Shown: positions 9,246 through 19,312, counted from the first letter of the stretch. The stretch: 64,000 nucleotides of DNA from Candidatus Cloacimonadales bacterium (GCA_963678315.1 OY782781.1:256001-320000); one strand, 5' to 3'. The notes: a model not told the origin generated them from the letters alone. Made by a program: numbers and translations.

Positions 9246-9590
9246 TTAAAAAATAGAATTTTTAACTACTTCTGAACTTACGAAACTTATTGCCAAGCTA
9301 GTATATATCATGGAGATTATATACTTAATTACTCTGAATATGATTAATCCAAAAAAAGGGGTTATATCAATTCTAAAATAGTAATTTGCTGATTCAATCA
9401 TTTTACCGAATATTCTTCTTATCCATTTAAGATAAGGTTCAACTAAGACATCAACGAAAACAAGCTTATCAAGATACATTAAAATTGGTTTTCCATGAAG
9501 AAAATAATACATAAAACTCTTGAATACTGATATGATTATCATTAATTCATAGAGCCATATAACCCATAGTAATATATTAACTAGAATCAA
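9246..9590 (-). CDS. YggT-family membrane protein
   Basis: VEPYLKWIRR...IDITP motif; located before divIVA. Confidence 0.7.
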   Translation of the reverse strand: MILVNILLWVIWLYELMIIISVFKSFMYYFLHGKPILMYLDKLVFVDVLVEPYLKWIRRIFGKMIESANYYFRIDITPFFGLIIFRVIKYIISMIYTSLAISFVSSEVVKNSIF

Positions 9591-10147
9591 TCTAATACCT
9601 CATGACAATTTCTACATCTTGCTTCATAAATATCTTTTGAGCCGACCAAAATAGTATCACTATCTCTAACAAGTCTTTGAGTTCTAGTCGCCGGATTTCC
9701 ACATTTGACACATATTGCTGAGTTCTTAGTAACATATTCTGCAACAGCTAACAACTGAGGAATTGGACCAAAAGGTTTACCCTTATAATCCAAATCAAGT
9801 CCTGCTACAATAACTCTCTTACCTTGATCTGCTAGGTCATTGCATATATCTATAACCCTATCATCAAAGAACTGAACTTCATCTATAGCCACAACCTGAG
9901 TGTCAGGCCTAAGAAGGTCTAACATCTCAGATATATCGCCAATCTTTTCAGAAGGAGCTTTCATCATAGAATGAGATACAATATAGTCGTCTTCATAACG
10001 ATTATCTATTTTAGGTTTAAATATTTGAACTTTCTGTTTCGCATATTCAGCTCTTCGAATTCTTCTTATTAATTCTTCTGTTTTCCCGCTAAACATTCCA
10101 CCACAAATAACTTCAATCCAACCTGTTTTGTTGTGTATCACATTCAT
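9587..10147 (-). CDS. tdk: Thymidine kinase
   Basis: GGMFSGKTEELIRR, IDEVQF, AGLD, CVKCG, YEARCRNC. Confidence 0.95.
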   Translation of the reverse strand: MNVIHNKTGWIEVICGGMFSGKTEELIRRIRRAEYAKQKVQIFKPKIDNRYEDDYIVSHSMMKAPSEKIGDISEMLDLLRPDTQVVAIDEVQFFDDRVIDICNDLADQGKRVIVAGLDLDYKGKPFGPIPQLLAVAEYVTKNSAICVKCGNPATRTQRLVRDSDTILVGSKDIYEARCRNCHEVLD

Positions 10148-10181
10148 GATTATCTCCTAAAATCTATCTTAAATAAGTCAG

Positions 10182-12665
10182 CTATTTAACTACAATGCTA
10201 ACTAATTTCTTCTTAATAACTATTACTTTTTTTATTTCTTTACCTTCTGTAAACTTAACCACATTTTCCAATGCTATAGCTTGAGCTTTTACTTCCTCTT
10301 CAGATATATCAGCTGAAACTTCTAATTTACCCCTTAGTTTACCATTAACTTGAACAACATAAGTAATCTCGTCTTTTACTGTATATGCATGTACATACTC
10401 AGGAACTCCAGCTTCATGAACAAGACCTTCTTGTTTTATCATTGACCACACTTCTTCACTAACATGAGGAGCAAATGGGTAGATTAATCTAAACATAGTT
10501 GCATTAGCTTCAGCAAAAATGACTTTATCATTATCACTTAAGCTTTCTACATCTTTAATTGCAGAAACTAAGTTTAAATGCTCCATAATGGTAGCAATCG
10601 CAGTATTGAACTGAAGTCTTTCATTTATATCATCATGCCATTTTTTTATCATGTTATGAGTAGAAAGTCTAAGAGCTTTCATATCTTTTGAGATTTGCAT
10701 ATCAGCATTATATGGTTTATAGAAGTCTTTAATTAAGAGACCATACTTCTCAGCTTGACGGTAGATTCTATTCAAGAATCTAAATGCTCCCACAACACCT
10801 TCATCATGCCAATCAACATCTTTTTCTGGTGGTGAAGCAAAAAGCATAAATACACGTATTGCATCAGCTCCATATCTATCAATGTAAGGTTGAGGGTCTA
10901 CACCATTTCCTTTGGATTTAGACATTTTTGAGCCCATGTTGCATACCATACCTTGAGTTAGCAATCTTGCAAATGGTTCATCACTTTCAACCATCCCTAT
11001 ATCTCTCATGAATTTATGGAAGAATCTAGAGTAGATAAGATGCATACAAGCATGTTCAATACCACCAATATACTGATCTACTGGAAGCCACTTCTTTGCG
11101 TTCTCTGTATCAAAAGGAAGACTTTCATTCTTTGCATCAGTATATCTTGCATAATACCAAGAAGAATCAACAAATGTATCCATTGTATCAGTTTCTCTCT
11201 TAGCATCTCCCCCACATTTAGGGCATTTGCAATTAACCCATTCTTCTACTGATAGAAGTGGATTTTGTGTAGTTTTGCCTACTTGCACATTGTCCGGAAG
11301 TTTAACAGGTAAATCTTCATCTGGAACTAGAACAACTCCACATTTTTCACAATGTATAACTGGAATAGGGTTTCCCCAATATCTTTGTCTAGATACGCCC
11401 CAGTCTCTTAATCTATAAGTAGTTGTTTCACTACCCATCTTATTTTCATCAATCCATTTTGAGATTGCTTTCTTAGATTCTGCACTTGCCTTACCAGTGA
11501 AATCTTCTGAATTAACAAGAATTCCTGGTTCAACATAAGCTTGTTCCATTTCATCAAGAACTAAAGTCTTATCCTCATTTTGAATAACCAACTTCATTGG
11601 AATATCATATCTTTTAGCAAAATCAAAGTCTCTTTGGTCATGAGCAGGAACTGCCATAACAGCACCAGTACCATAATCCATAAGTACATAGTTAGTTATC
11701 CAGATTTGTACTCTATCTCCATTTACCGGATTAATACAGTATTTACCAGTGAAGTAGCCTTCTTTTGTTTGTTCAGAAGAACCCCTTTCTTTCTGATCTG
11801 CATTTATTACTTTATCACAGAATGCTTTCATTTCTGTGTTGTCAGGATTTTCTTTAATCAAGTTTCTTACATAATCATGTTCTGGTGGTAGAGCCATAAA
11901 GGTTACACCAAAGATAGTATCAGGTCTTGTTGTAAATACTTGAATGAGTTCCTTACTCTCTTCATCTACAAAATCAATGATAGTACCTGTAGATTTGCCA
12001 ATCCAGTTCTTCTGCATTGCAATAACCCTTTCTGGCCATTCAATCATTTTAGAGAAGTCAAGTAACTCTTCTGCATAATCAGTAATCTTAAAGTACCATT
12101 GTTCCATCTCTTTTTGTCGAACAGTTGACCCATCTCTCCAGCATTTACCATCTTCTACCTGTTCATTTGCAAGAACAGTTTGGCATTGGTCACACCAGTT
12201 CACAAAAGATGTTTTTCTATATACTAAACCTTTTTCATATAGTCTTTTAAAAAGCCATTGACCCCAGCGATAATATTCTGGAGTACAGGTAGCAAGTTTT
12301 CTTTCCCAATCAAATCCAAAACCCATTGCAGTGAATTGGTCTTGCATAATCGCCATATTCTTTTCTGTAGCAAGTCTTGGGTGTGTATTGTGAGCAATAG
12401 CATAGTTTTCTGCAGGCATACCAAAAGCATCATAGCCCATAGGTTGCATGACATTATAACCTTGCATCATTTTGAATCTTGAAATTGCATCACCTATTGA
12501 ATAGTTTGAAACATGTCCCATATGAAGAACACCAGAAGGATAAGGAAACATAGACAGAACATAATAATTCTCTTTACCTTCTTCACTGTTTTCTGCATTG
12601 AATATTCTTTTTTCATTCCAAATTGTTTGCCATTTCTTTTCAAATACCTCAAATGGATATTCCAT
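10182..12665 (-). CDS. leuS: Leucine--tRNA ligase
   Basis: MFPYPSG.LHMGH, FTTRPDT, GTGAVMAVPAHDQRD, KMSKS. Confidence 0.98.
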   Translation of the reverse strand: MEYPFEVFEKKWQTIWNEKRIFNAENSEEGKENYYVLSMFPYPSGVLHMGHVSNYSIGDAISRFKMMQGYNVMQPMGYDAFGMPAENYAIAHNTHPRLATEKNMAIMQDQFTAMGFGFDWERKLATCTPEYYRWGQWLFKRLYEKGLVYRKTSFVNWCDQCQTVLANEQVEDGKCWRDGSTVRQKEMEQWYFKITDYAEELLDFSKMIEWPERVIAMQKNWIGKSTGTIIDFVDEESKELIQVFTTRPDTIFGVTFMALPPEHDYVRNLIKENPDNTEMKAFCDKVINADQKERGSSEQTKEGYFTGKYCINPVNGDRVQIWITNYVLMDYGTGAVMAVPAHDQRDFDFAKRYDIPMKLVIQNEDKTLVLDEMEQAYVEPGILVNSEDFTGKASAESKKAISKWIDENKMGSETTTYRLRDWGVSRQRYWGNPIPVIHCEKCGVVLVPDEDLPVKLPDNVQVGKTTQNPLLSVEEWVNCKCPKCGGDAKRETDTMDTFVDSSWYYARYTDAKNESLPFDTENAKKWLPVDQYIGGIEHACMHLIYSRFFHKFMRDIGMVESDEPFARLLTQGMVCNMGSKMSKSKGNGVDPQPYIDRYGADAIRVFMLFASPPEKDVDWHDEGVVGAFRFLNRIYRQAEKYGLLIKDFYKPYNADMQISKDMKALRLSTHNMIKKWHDDINERLQFNTAIATIMEHLNLVSAIKDVESLSDNDKVIFAEANATMFRLIYPFAPHVSEEVWSMIKQEGLVHEAGVPEYVHAYTVKDEITYVVQVNGKLRGKLEVSADISEEEVKAQAIALENVVKFTEGKEIKKVIVIKKKLVSIVVK

Positions 12666-12810
12666 AATATCTTCTCCTGTCTATATTTTTATCAGTTTAC
12701 TATAATTTAATTCTATTAAAATCAAGTCAATGATATTTTTTATAAACATTATTAAATTGTATTTTAGAGTAAAGTAAATTGCGAAAAGTCCCTTCAGTGT
12801 TGTGGTTATC

Positions 12811-12889
12811 TTTGCGTAAGCATGAACTTTATTCAAGCTGTCGGTGGATGCTTACACTCCCTTTTCTGAGACGTTTTTCCAAACGTCTC
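12811..12889. repeat. Left part of composite REP element (A unit plus GTAG-REP hairpin), interrupted by IS1182
   Basis: Continues at 14559-14718; uninterrupted copies at 28249-28466 and 38948-39189. Confidence 0.85.
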
Positions 12890-14558
12890 AGACTGCTGAC
12901 AAAGTAGAAAAAAGGTGTTTACAGCCAATTTTAGTTTTCATCTGATAGTTGATAGATTTTTTAGTATTGGTGATGATATTGTTGCATAAGTTCACTATGG
13001 GAGACAATATACCCAAAATAATCAAAAAATTTGAGTATTTTTGTTAAAATAGAACCCTTTTTTAGCTTTTTATTGATTCTCTTAAAGTATTTAACTAATT
13101 TTACTAAATTTTGAGTACAAGCTGTCATTAGAGCTTGTTCTTTAACTTTTTCAAGTCCTCTATATCGTGCATATCGATATCCATGATTTTGTTTTGCATT
13201 AGCAAAACTCCTCTCAATTGTCTCTTTTCGGCGCTTATAAATTTGTTTACCACAGAATGTTAAACGATTCATATTTATCTGGTCTTTATATTTTTCCCAG
13301 ACATGCCGATTTAGTACTTTCCTCCTTGTTTTATTTGAAGTACATTTAGATAAATGAGGACAGTTTTTACAGTCTTCAGCATTTGATACGTATTCTTTGT
13401 AGCCCTCTCTTCTTGTTGTTTTGTAATGTAATAATTTGTTATTTGGACAAATATATTGGTCGTTGACTGAGTCAAATTTGAATTTATTCTTGCTGAAAAA
13501 TCCTTTTTTATGGCTACCTCTTTTGTACCCTATTACCCCCATTATTCCTTTTTCACATAAAAAACGACAATTATCTACAGTATTATACCCAGCATCTAAG
13601 CCTACAGCTATAACATTAAAATTAAACCTTTCAATCTGCCGAAGAAGACGAGATTTATATACCACTGCATCATTTATATTCCCAGGTGTTATAAATACAT
13701 CTGTTATAAAATTACATTTAGGATCCGTTGTCCTATGGTCTAAATAAAAGAAGCCTTGTGGTTTGCGGTCTCGTGCCATAAAACCACTGTCTGGATCTGT
13801 TGTGCTGGATTTAATTGTCTTGGTTTCTTCCTGTGGTTCCTTAGGAGGAAGTGGTTTTATATTGTGTTTTTTTCTGTCTTCTGCGACTGCTTCATCCAAA
13901 TCTTTAATATATTCTTTTGTAGTTCTTTTTACTACAATTTTTATGAACTTATTCTTATTCGCATTAGCTTTTATATGGGTTGAGTCTGTATATAAAATTT
14001 TCCCATTAACTAAACCATTTTCAATGCCTAACTTAACAATATTATCAAAAATCTCTTGAAATAAATCATTATTAGCAAATCGTCTTTTACGAGTTTTACT
14101 TATAATTGAATGGTGAGGAATTTTATCATTAAATCCGAACCCTAAAAACCATCTATATGCAAGATTAACTTGTATTTCTTTAAATATTTGACGTTCTGAT
14201 TTAATACCAAAGAGATAACCTATTAATATTATTTTAAAAAGAGTTATTGGATTAATAGCAGGTCTGCCAAAAGTCTCATTGTATGTGTCTTTCATTATAT
14301 CATAAACGAAAGAGAAATCTATATATTCATCAAAAAACCTAAGGATATGATCGTCTGGAACCTGTTCTTCTAAATTTACAAGCTCAAATTCGTATTGTTT
14401 TCTATATTCTTCTTTAATCATTTTACCACCTCTAATTATATGCCTATCATATAATAAGGAGTAATATTGTCAAGTCTATTTGTGCTTTTTCTGGGTTGTT
14501 TAGTACAGAAAAAACATACGAAAATCACACATTGATTACATGACTTTGTCAGCAGTCT
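12890..14558 (-). mobile_element. IS1182-family insertion sequence (1669 bp), 16-bp perfect terminal IR, 22-bp target duplication
   Basis: IR AGACTGCTGACAAAGT (12890-12905) / ACTTTGTCAGCAGTCT (14543-14558); DR GAGACGTTTTTCCAAACGTCTC at 12868-12889 and 14559-14580; empty site at 28306-28327. Confidence 0.95.
12961..14421 (-). CDS. IS1182-family DDE transposase
   Basis: VPDDHILR, GRPAINP, YLFGIKSER, DSTHIKANA, TDPDS, DAGY, YICP..CKNCP..C, RRKETIERSFA. Confidence 0.9.
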   Translation of the reverse strand: MIKEEYRKQYEFELVNLEEQVPDDHILRFFDEYIDFSFVYDIMKDTYNETFGRPAINPITLFKIILIGYLFGIKSERQIFKEIQVNLAYRWFLGFGFNDKIPHHSIISKTRKRRFANNDLFQEIFDNIVKLGIENGLVNGKILYTDSTHIKANANKNKFIKIVVKRTTKEYIKDLDEAVAEDRKKHNIKPLPPKEPQEETKTIKSSTTDPDSGFMARDRKPQGFFYLDHRTTDPKCNFITDVFITPGNINDAVVYKSRLLRQIERFNFNVIAVGLDAGYNTVDNCRFLCEKGIMGVIGYKRGSHKKGFFSKNKFKFDSVNDQYICPNNKLLHYKTTRREGYKEYVSNAEDCKNCPHLSKCTSNKTRRKVLNRHVWEKYKDQINMNRLTFCGKQIYKRRKETIERSFANAKQNHGYRYARYRGLEKVKEQALMTACTQNLVKLVKYFKRINKKLKKGSILTKILKFFDYFGYIVSHSELMQQYHHQY

Positions 14559-14718
14559 GAGACGTTTTTCCAAACGTCTCTACAAATTCACTTATCACTA
14601 CGTTCTAAGTGAAGCCAGCTATCCGGCAGTAGCCGGACTAAAGGCAAAGCGTTCCCAGTAACTCCTTCCTTAAGGGTCTCATTGAAAAATTGGCGTTTTT
14701 TCAAAGAGGCAAGTAAGG
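14559..14718. repeat. Right part of composite REP element (REP hairpin, TTCACTTA...TAAGTGAA hairpin, family D long hairpin)
   Basis: Colinear with 28306-28466 and 39002-39189. Confidence 0.85.
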
Positions 14719-14825
14719 ATCAAGTATGTTACGATGTTGCACGAATTAGATTTTATTTAAGTATTTTGAAAAAAATTATTTACAGCAAAGCAAGATAGTT
14801 TATAATTGTCAATAAAGGAGCATAA

Positions 14826-16370
14826 ATGCGAATAAGAATTAGTAAATTATTAATTATTTTAGTTATGGTTGCACTTTTCAGTTGTAAATCAAACAGTAAT
14901 ATTGAAGATAATGGTGATGAAAATATAAACTACAGTAAAGAATTTAACAAGATTATCAGAGATCCTGATGTAGTAGAACAAAATATTACTTTTGAGCCAA
15001 GAGAAGATATTTTTTCTAAGCTTACTTCCAAGAATTATATTAACAGTAATGACTTATTAGATGTAATTGGAGTTAGAATCGCCAAAAAAGCAGAAGAAAA
15101 AAGAACAGAGATGCATCTTTTAGCAAATGAAAAAACTAGAGAAATCAAGGAAGCAAAGATTGAATGTTTTAACGCTAAATTTCATGTAACCCTACTAGAA
15201 GAGGATACTTTAACTTATGAAGTTAATATTCAAAAACCAATTCTACCAGGTGGTTCTGTCTATCAAGTCCTAACTGACTTAGGTATGAATGGCGAGGAAG
15301 TTGGATTTTATACTTGGAAAATTGGTGAATATATAGACCCTACTGCTATCAATGCTGGCGATACTCTTATAGTTGATTATTGCATTGACCAATATAATGA
15401 CAAACATTTTGAAAAATTCTCTTATAAAAGAGATAGAGCATCTCTACATGAGTTTTATATCGAAGGTCCTAAAGAACTACGTTACAATTTAGTGTCATAT
15501 CCATATACCATAGAAGAAAGATATATTACTGGAATCATCACAAAGCAAGCTCCTTCTCTTGATCAAGCTATGAAAGCAGATGGCATTGAAGCTTATGTTA
15601 GACAGCAAGTAAATGATGCAATTGAATCACAAGTTGACATGAGATCTGACCCAAGAGTTGGTGATACTTATGAGATTCTTATTCAAGAAAAATGGGTTCA
15701 AGGTGAAAAGGAGCCACATGGCAAAGTTATGTTTGCACAATATACAGGCCAAAGAATTGGAACAAAGAATGCCTATAGATTTATTGATGAAGACGATGAT
15801 TCTGCTTATAATGGTATGTATCTTGAAAACGGTAAAGGACTAGTTCAGGGAAACTATAGAACTCCACTGAATAAAATGCACATTACCTCTCCATTTGGTT
15901 ATAGAATTCATCCAATTCTTGGAAAAAGAAGAATGCACGATGGAATCGATCTAAGAGGAAGAATGGGAACTAATGTTTATGCAGTAAGCAATGGGGTTGT
16001 TATAAAAGCTGCCAATACTGGTGATGGATATGGAAAAGATGTTAGAATACGTCATGACAATGGTATGATGACACAATACGCTCATCTAAGTCGTATTAAC
16101 ACAAGAGTTGGACGTAGAGTCAATAAAGGTCAGATTATAGGTAAAGTAGGATCTACTGGACGCTCAACTGGTCCTCACTTACATTTTGGTGTACAAATGA
16201 GTGGACGTTGGGTAAATCCTAAAACAAACTTAAAAATGGTTGCTGCAGCTAAGCTTAAAGGTGCACGAAAAACAAAGTATTTAGAACAAGTAAAAGAACT
16301 TAAAACTAGGATTCAAGAAAAGAAACAAGAATTCTTAGCAAGCAATCCAGACAAAAGATTTGTTTCTTAA
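14826..16370 (+). CDS. M23-family peptidoglycan endopeptidase, probable lipoprotein
   Basis: Lipobox-like ALFSC; HDGID, YAHLS and GSTGRSTGPHLHF motifs. Confidence 0.9.
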   Translation: MRIRISKLLIILVMVALFSCKSNSNIEDNGDENINYSKEFNKIIRDPDVVEQNITFEPREDIFSKLTSKNYINSNDLLDVIGVRIAKKAEEKRTEMHLLANEKTREIKEAKIECFNAKFHVTLLEEDTLTYEVNIQKPILPGGSVYQVLTDLGMNGEEVGFYTWKIGEYIDPTAINAGDTLIVDYCIDQYNDKHFEKFSYKRDRASLHEFYIEGPKELRYNLVSYPYTIEERYITGIITKQAPSLDQAMKADGIEAYVRQQVNDAIESQVDMRSDPRVGDTYEILIQEKWVQGEKEPHGKVMFAQYTGQRIGTKNAYRFIDEDDDSAYNGMYLENGKGLVQGNYRTPLNKMHITSPFGYRIHPILGKRRMHDGIDLRGRMGTNVYAVSNGVVIKAANTGDGYGKDVRIRHDNGMMTQYAHLSRINTRVGRRVNKGQIIGKVGSTGRSTGPHLHFGVQMSGRWVNPKTNLKMVAAAKLKGARKTKYLEQVKELKTRIQEKKQEFLASNPDKRFVS

Positions 16371-16391
16371 AATTTAAATATATATATTTTT

Positions 16392-16423
16392 AAGCTCTTG
16401 GTAATTATACTGAGAGCTTTTTT
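16392..16423 (+). terminator. Intrinsic terminator
   Basis: AAGCTCTTGGTA...TACTGAGAGCTT plus T-tract. Confidence 0.6.
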
Positions 16424-16523
16424 AACGATAATAAATGATTGTTAATACTTAATCCCAAATAATAACTATTCTTAATTTGACACTTAACAGGAGAAAATTA
16501 TATTGTTCACTAGGAAGGAAAAA

Positions 16524-17870
16524 ATGAAAAAAATAATATACGCTTTGTTTCTTTTAATAGTAGTAGTTGGATGTTCACACAATAAGCCTAAAAATGTAAT
16601 AATAATGATTTCTGATGGTTGCGGATACAATCACATTCTTGCCACAGATTATTACCAATATGGAGAAAGCGGTAAACAAGTCTACCAACAGTTTCCAGTA
16701 CAACAGTTCATGACAACTTATTCACTAAATGTACTTAGTGGCTATGATAGTGCTAAAGCGTGGAGTGATTCTACTTACATAGGAGATAAGTGGACTGATT
16801 CTGCTGCTTCAGCAACTGCAATGTCTACAGGTATAAAAACTAGAAATACTATTATTGGTAAAGATTCTACCCTAGTCGATGTTGAGCATTTTTCTGAATT
16901 TATGCAAAAACAAGGAAAGAAGATTGGAGTAGCAACCAATGTTCTTGCCAGCCATGCTACTCCAGCAGGTTTCTCTTCTCATAATATTTACAGAAAGAAC
17001 TATGCTGAAATCTTCAAAGACATGGTAACAGATTCATATCTATCCGTGATTATTGGTGGTGGATTAAATGATTACGATGAACTAGCTTATGATAAGAAGT
17101 ATAAGTATGTTGGGGGAAAAGAGTTCTGGCAACAAATCATGGAAGGGCAAACCAAATACGATTTAGATAATGATGGTTATGTTGATAGAACAATTAAAGA
17201 TATTAACTATGACTTAGAACCTGATGTTTGGGAAGTCGTGAGGGAACGTGAAGATTTTGTGAATATTAATCCTGATAATGCCCCAGAAAGATTATTAGGT
17301 ATTTTCCAAAGCAGGAAAAATGCCCAGTATGATAGAGATGGAGAAAAGAATGTTCCTCCTTTTACGGTTCCTTTCAGAGAGAATATACCTACTTTAGCTG
17401 AAATGGCTATGGCTTCTATTTATACCCTAGACAATGACAATGGCTTCTGGTTAATGGTAGAAGGTGGGGCAGTTGATAAAGCATCTCACGCTAAATGGAA
17501 TGGAAGAGTTATTGAAGAAGAAATTGACTTTAATAAAGCTGTTGAAGCTGTGGTTGAGTGGGTAGAAACTAATAGTTCTTGGGATGAGACCTTGCTTATT
17601 GTTACTGCAGACCATGAGTGTGGACATATTTCAGGTGAGCCAAATATGACTAATGAAGTTGTGGCTGATGTAAAAAATAGAGGAAAAGGTAATATGCCTG
17701 AGATGTATAACTTATCAGGACAACATACTAACTCATTAGTACCCTTCTTTGCCAAAGGTATTGGAGCAGAAAACTTCTTAAAGAAAGCCATATATACAGA
17801 TTTGAAGCATGGTAAATATATGGATAATACTGAAATGGCTAAAACATTGTTTGAATTATTTGGGAAGTAA
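16524..17870 (+). CDS. Alkaline phosphatase, probable lipoprotein
   Basis: KNVIIMISDG, TDSAASATA (catalytic Ser), SHATPA, VEGGAVD.ASH, VTADHE; signal ending VVGC; ATG at 16524. Confidence 0.9.
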   Translation: MKKIIYALFLLIVVVGCSHNKPKNVIIMISDGCGYNHILATDYYQYGESGKQVYQQFPVQQFMTTYSLNVLSGYDSAKAWSDSTYIGDKWTDSAASATAMSTGIKTRNTIIGKDSTLVDVEHFSEFMQKQGKKIGVATNVLASHATPAGFSSHNIYRKNYAEIFKDMVTDSYLSVIIGGGLNDYDELAYDKKYKYVGGKEFWQQIMEGQTKYDLDNDGYVDRTIKDINYDLEPDVWEVVREREDFVNINPDNAPERLLGIFQSRKNAQYDRDGEKNVPPFTVPFRENIPTLAEMAMASIYTLDNDNGFWLMVEGGAVDKASHAKWNGRVIEEEIDFNKAVEAVVEWVETNSSWDETLLIVTADHECGHISGEPNMTNEVVADVKNRGKGNMPEMYNLSGQHTNSLVPFFAKGIGAENFLKKAIYTDLKHGKYMDNTEMAKTLFELFGK

Positions 17871-17885
17871 GATTATTTGACAGTA

Positions 17886-18031
17886 GGAGTGAAAGCATCC
17901 GCCGATAGGCTGAACACAGTTCATGCTTACGCAAATTATGTTTTGTCGTAGCCAAGGATGGCTACAATCCCAGTTTAAGGTTGTCGTAGCCAAGGACCGT
18001 GTCTGGCGAAGACTGATGGCTACAATCCCAG
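17886..18031 (+). repeat. REP-like cluster: A unit plus short and long B units
   Basis: A 17886-17935; B-short 17946-17972; B-long 17984-18031. Confidence 0.85.
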
Positions 18032-18051
18032 CTAGCTTATAGATTATACAG

Positions 18052-18080
18052 AAAAGAGTCTTGAAACATCAAGACTCTTT
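18052..18080. terminator. Bidirectional terminator between the phosphatase gene and metK
   Basis: AAAAGAGTCTTGA-AACA-TCAAGACTCTTT. Confidence 0.7.
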
Positions 18081-18100
18081 ATATTGTTCAAAATTATTGA

Positions 18101-19060
18101 TTAACAATCCCATTTAAAGCCATTACCAAAATGGCCCCATTCTGCTGTTTTAGCAAAAACTGGTTTATCAAGCTCAAGAGCGGTGATAATACCTTTAGGA
18201 GTTAAATCATAACCTTCAATTTGCATTTCTTTGCCATCAACAATAGCAGTAGCTTGTACAGGTTGAGCTACACCAATAGCATAAGCTAAACGTACAAAAA
18301 CTTCTTTAGCATTGTATTTTCTAAGGTAATCAACAGCAACTCTTCTTGCCATATAAGCACCAGATCTATCAACCTTTGTAGAATCTTTACCTGAGAAAGC
18401 ACCACCACCAAGAGGAATTCTTGGTCCATAGTTATCTACAGCAAGCTTTCTACCTGTAACACCTGTATCAGCATCAAATCCACCCATTGACCATTCACCA
18501 GCTGGATTAATGTGAAGCTTAGTATTTGAGATATCAAGTTTCATCTCTTGAGCCCAAGCTTTAACTTCTTGTTCAAGATCAGAAGTTTTAGTACTTTGGA
18601 AACTAGCAACAATAGCAATAATATTATCGCCATCAAGAGTAACTTGAGTTTTTCCATCATACTCATTCTTTTTATATAAGTATCTATTTAATGATCTTGC
18701 AAGATATGCTTCTTGAGGAATCATTTCTTCATTCTCATTACAAGCGTAACCTATCATTACACCTTGGTCTCCAGCACCCCCAGTATCAACACCTTGAGCA
18801 ATAAAACTGCTCTGTTGCACTATGTTTACTTGAACACCAACATTATTACCAACTATCTTTCTTGTAGTTTGTTGTACATTAACAAAAGCTTCTGTTGTAA
18901 GTTCTCCTGTAACAGAAACTAATTTGTGGCCACCCATAACTTCTATAGCAGCACGGGTATTCTTATCCTGTTCTAAACAAACATCCAGAATTAAATCTGC
19001 GATTCTGTCACATAACTTATCAGGATGTCCAGGACTAACAAATTCTGCAGTTCTTAACAT
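18101..19060 (-). CDS. metK: S-adenosylmethionine synthetase (compact, 319 aa)
   Basis: GHPDKLCD, GAGDQG, DGKTQVT, DTGVTGRKL.VD.YG, GGGAFSGKD.TKVDRS; ATG at 19060 after GGAG. Confidence 0.95.
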   Translation of the reverse strand: MLRTAEFVSPGHPDKLCDRIADLILDVCLEQDKNTRAAIEVMGGHKLVSVTGELTTEAFVNVQQTTRKIVGNNVGVQVNIVQQSSFIAQGVDTGGAGDQGVMIGYACNENEEMIPQEAYLARSLNRYLYKKNEYDGKTQVTLDGDNIIAIVASFQSTKTSDLEQEVKAWAQEMKLDISNTKLHINPAGEWSMGGFDADTGVTGRKLAVDNYGPRIPLGGGAFSGKDSTKVDRSGAYMARRVAVDYLRKYNAKEVFVRLAYAIGVAQPVQATAIVDGKEMQIEGYDLTPKGIITALELDKPVFAKTAEWGHFGNGFKWDC

Positions 19061-19125
19061 GTTATTCTCCAATATGTTTGTATTTCAGGATAGATTCGGT
19101 TTGAATTGCAGCATAATTAATATAA

Positions 19126-19188
19126 CTTAATTAGCACTTTGGTTCACACGAAAAGTGTCGGCAGTTGCAATCAGCAAATCAATCTACC
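19126..19188 (-). ncRNA. SAM-II-like riboswitch aptamer (long-loop variant) upstream of metK
   Basis: Minus strand GGUAG-AU-UGAUUUG-CUGA-UUGCAA-CUGCC-[ACAC/GUGU hairpin]-CAAA-GU-GCUAAUUAAG; matches SAM-II H-type pseudoknot pattern; TTGACA at 19229-19224 just upstream. Confidence 0.75.
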
Positions 19189-19312
19189 ATGTAGAAGTGA
19201 CATAAAAACTATTTCTGTTATTCTGTCAATGAATAAATATTACTCGAGTCTAACAGTTGCTCTTTCTACACAAGTTCCTTGACATCTTAACAATCAAAAA
19301 TCAAGTAGCACC

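Noticed and set aside
12666..12810. T-box upstream of leuS
   Set aside because: No T-box (GGTGGNACC) motif or leader terminator visible
16441..16490. Possible Pho box upstream of alkaline phosphatase
   Set aside because: TTAAY units are not spaced at a consistent 11-bp period in AT-rich DNA
17946..18031. Repeat-spacer-repeat appearance
   Set aside because: Only two units about 11 bp apart; same REP-like family
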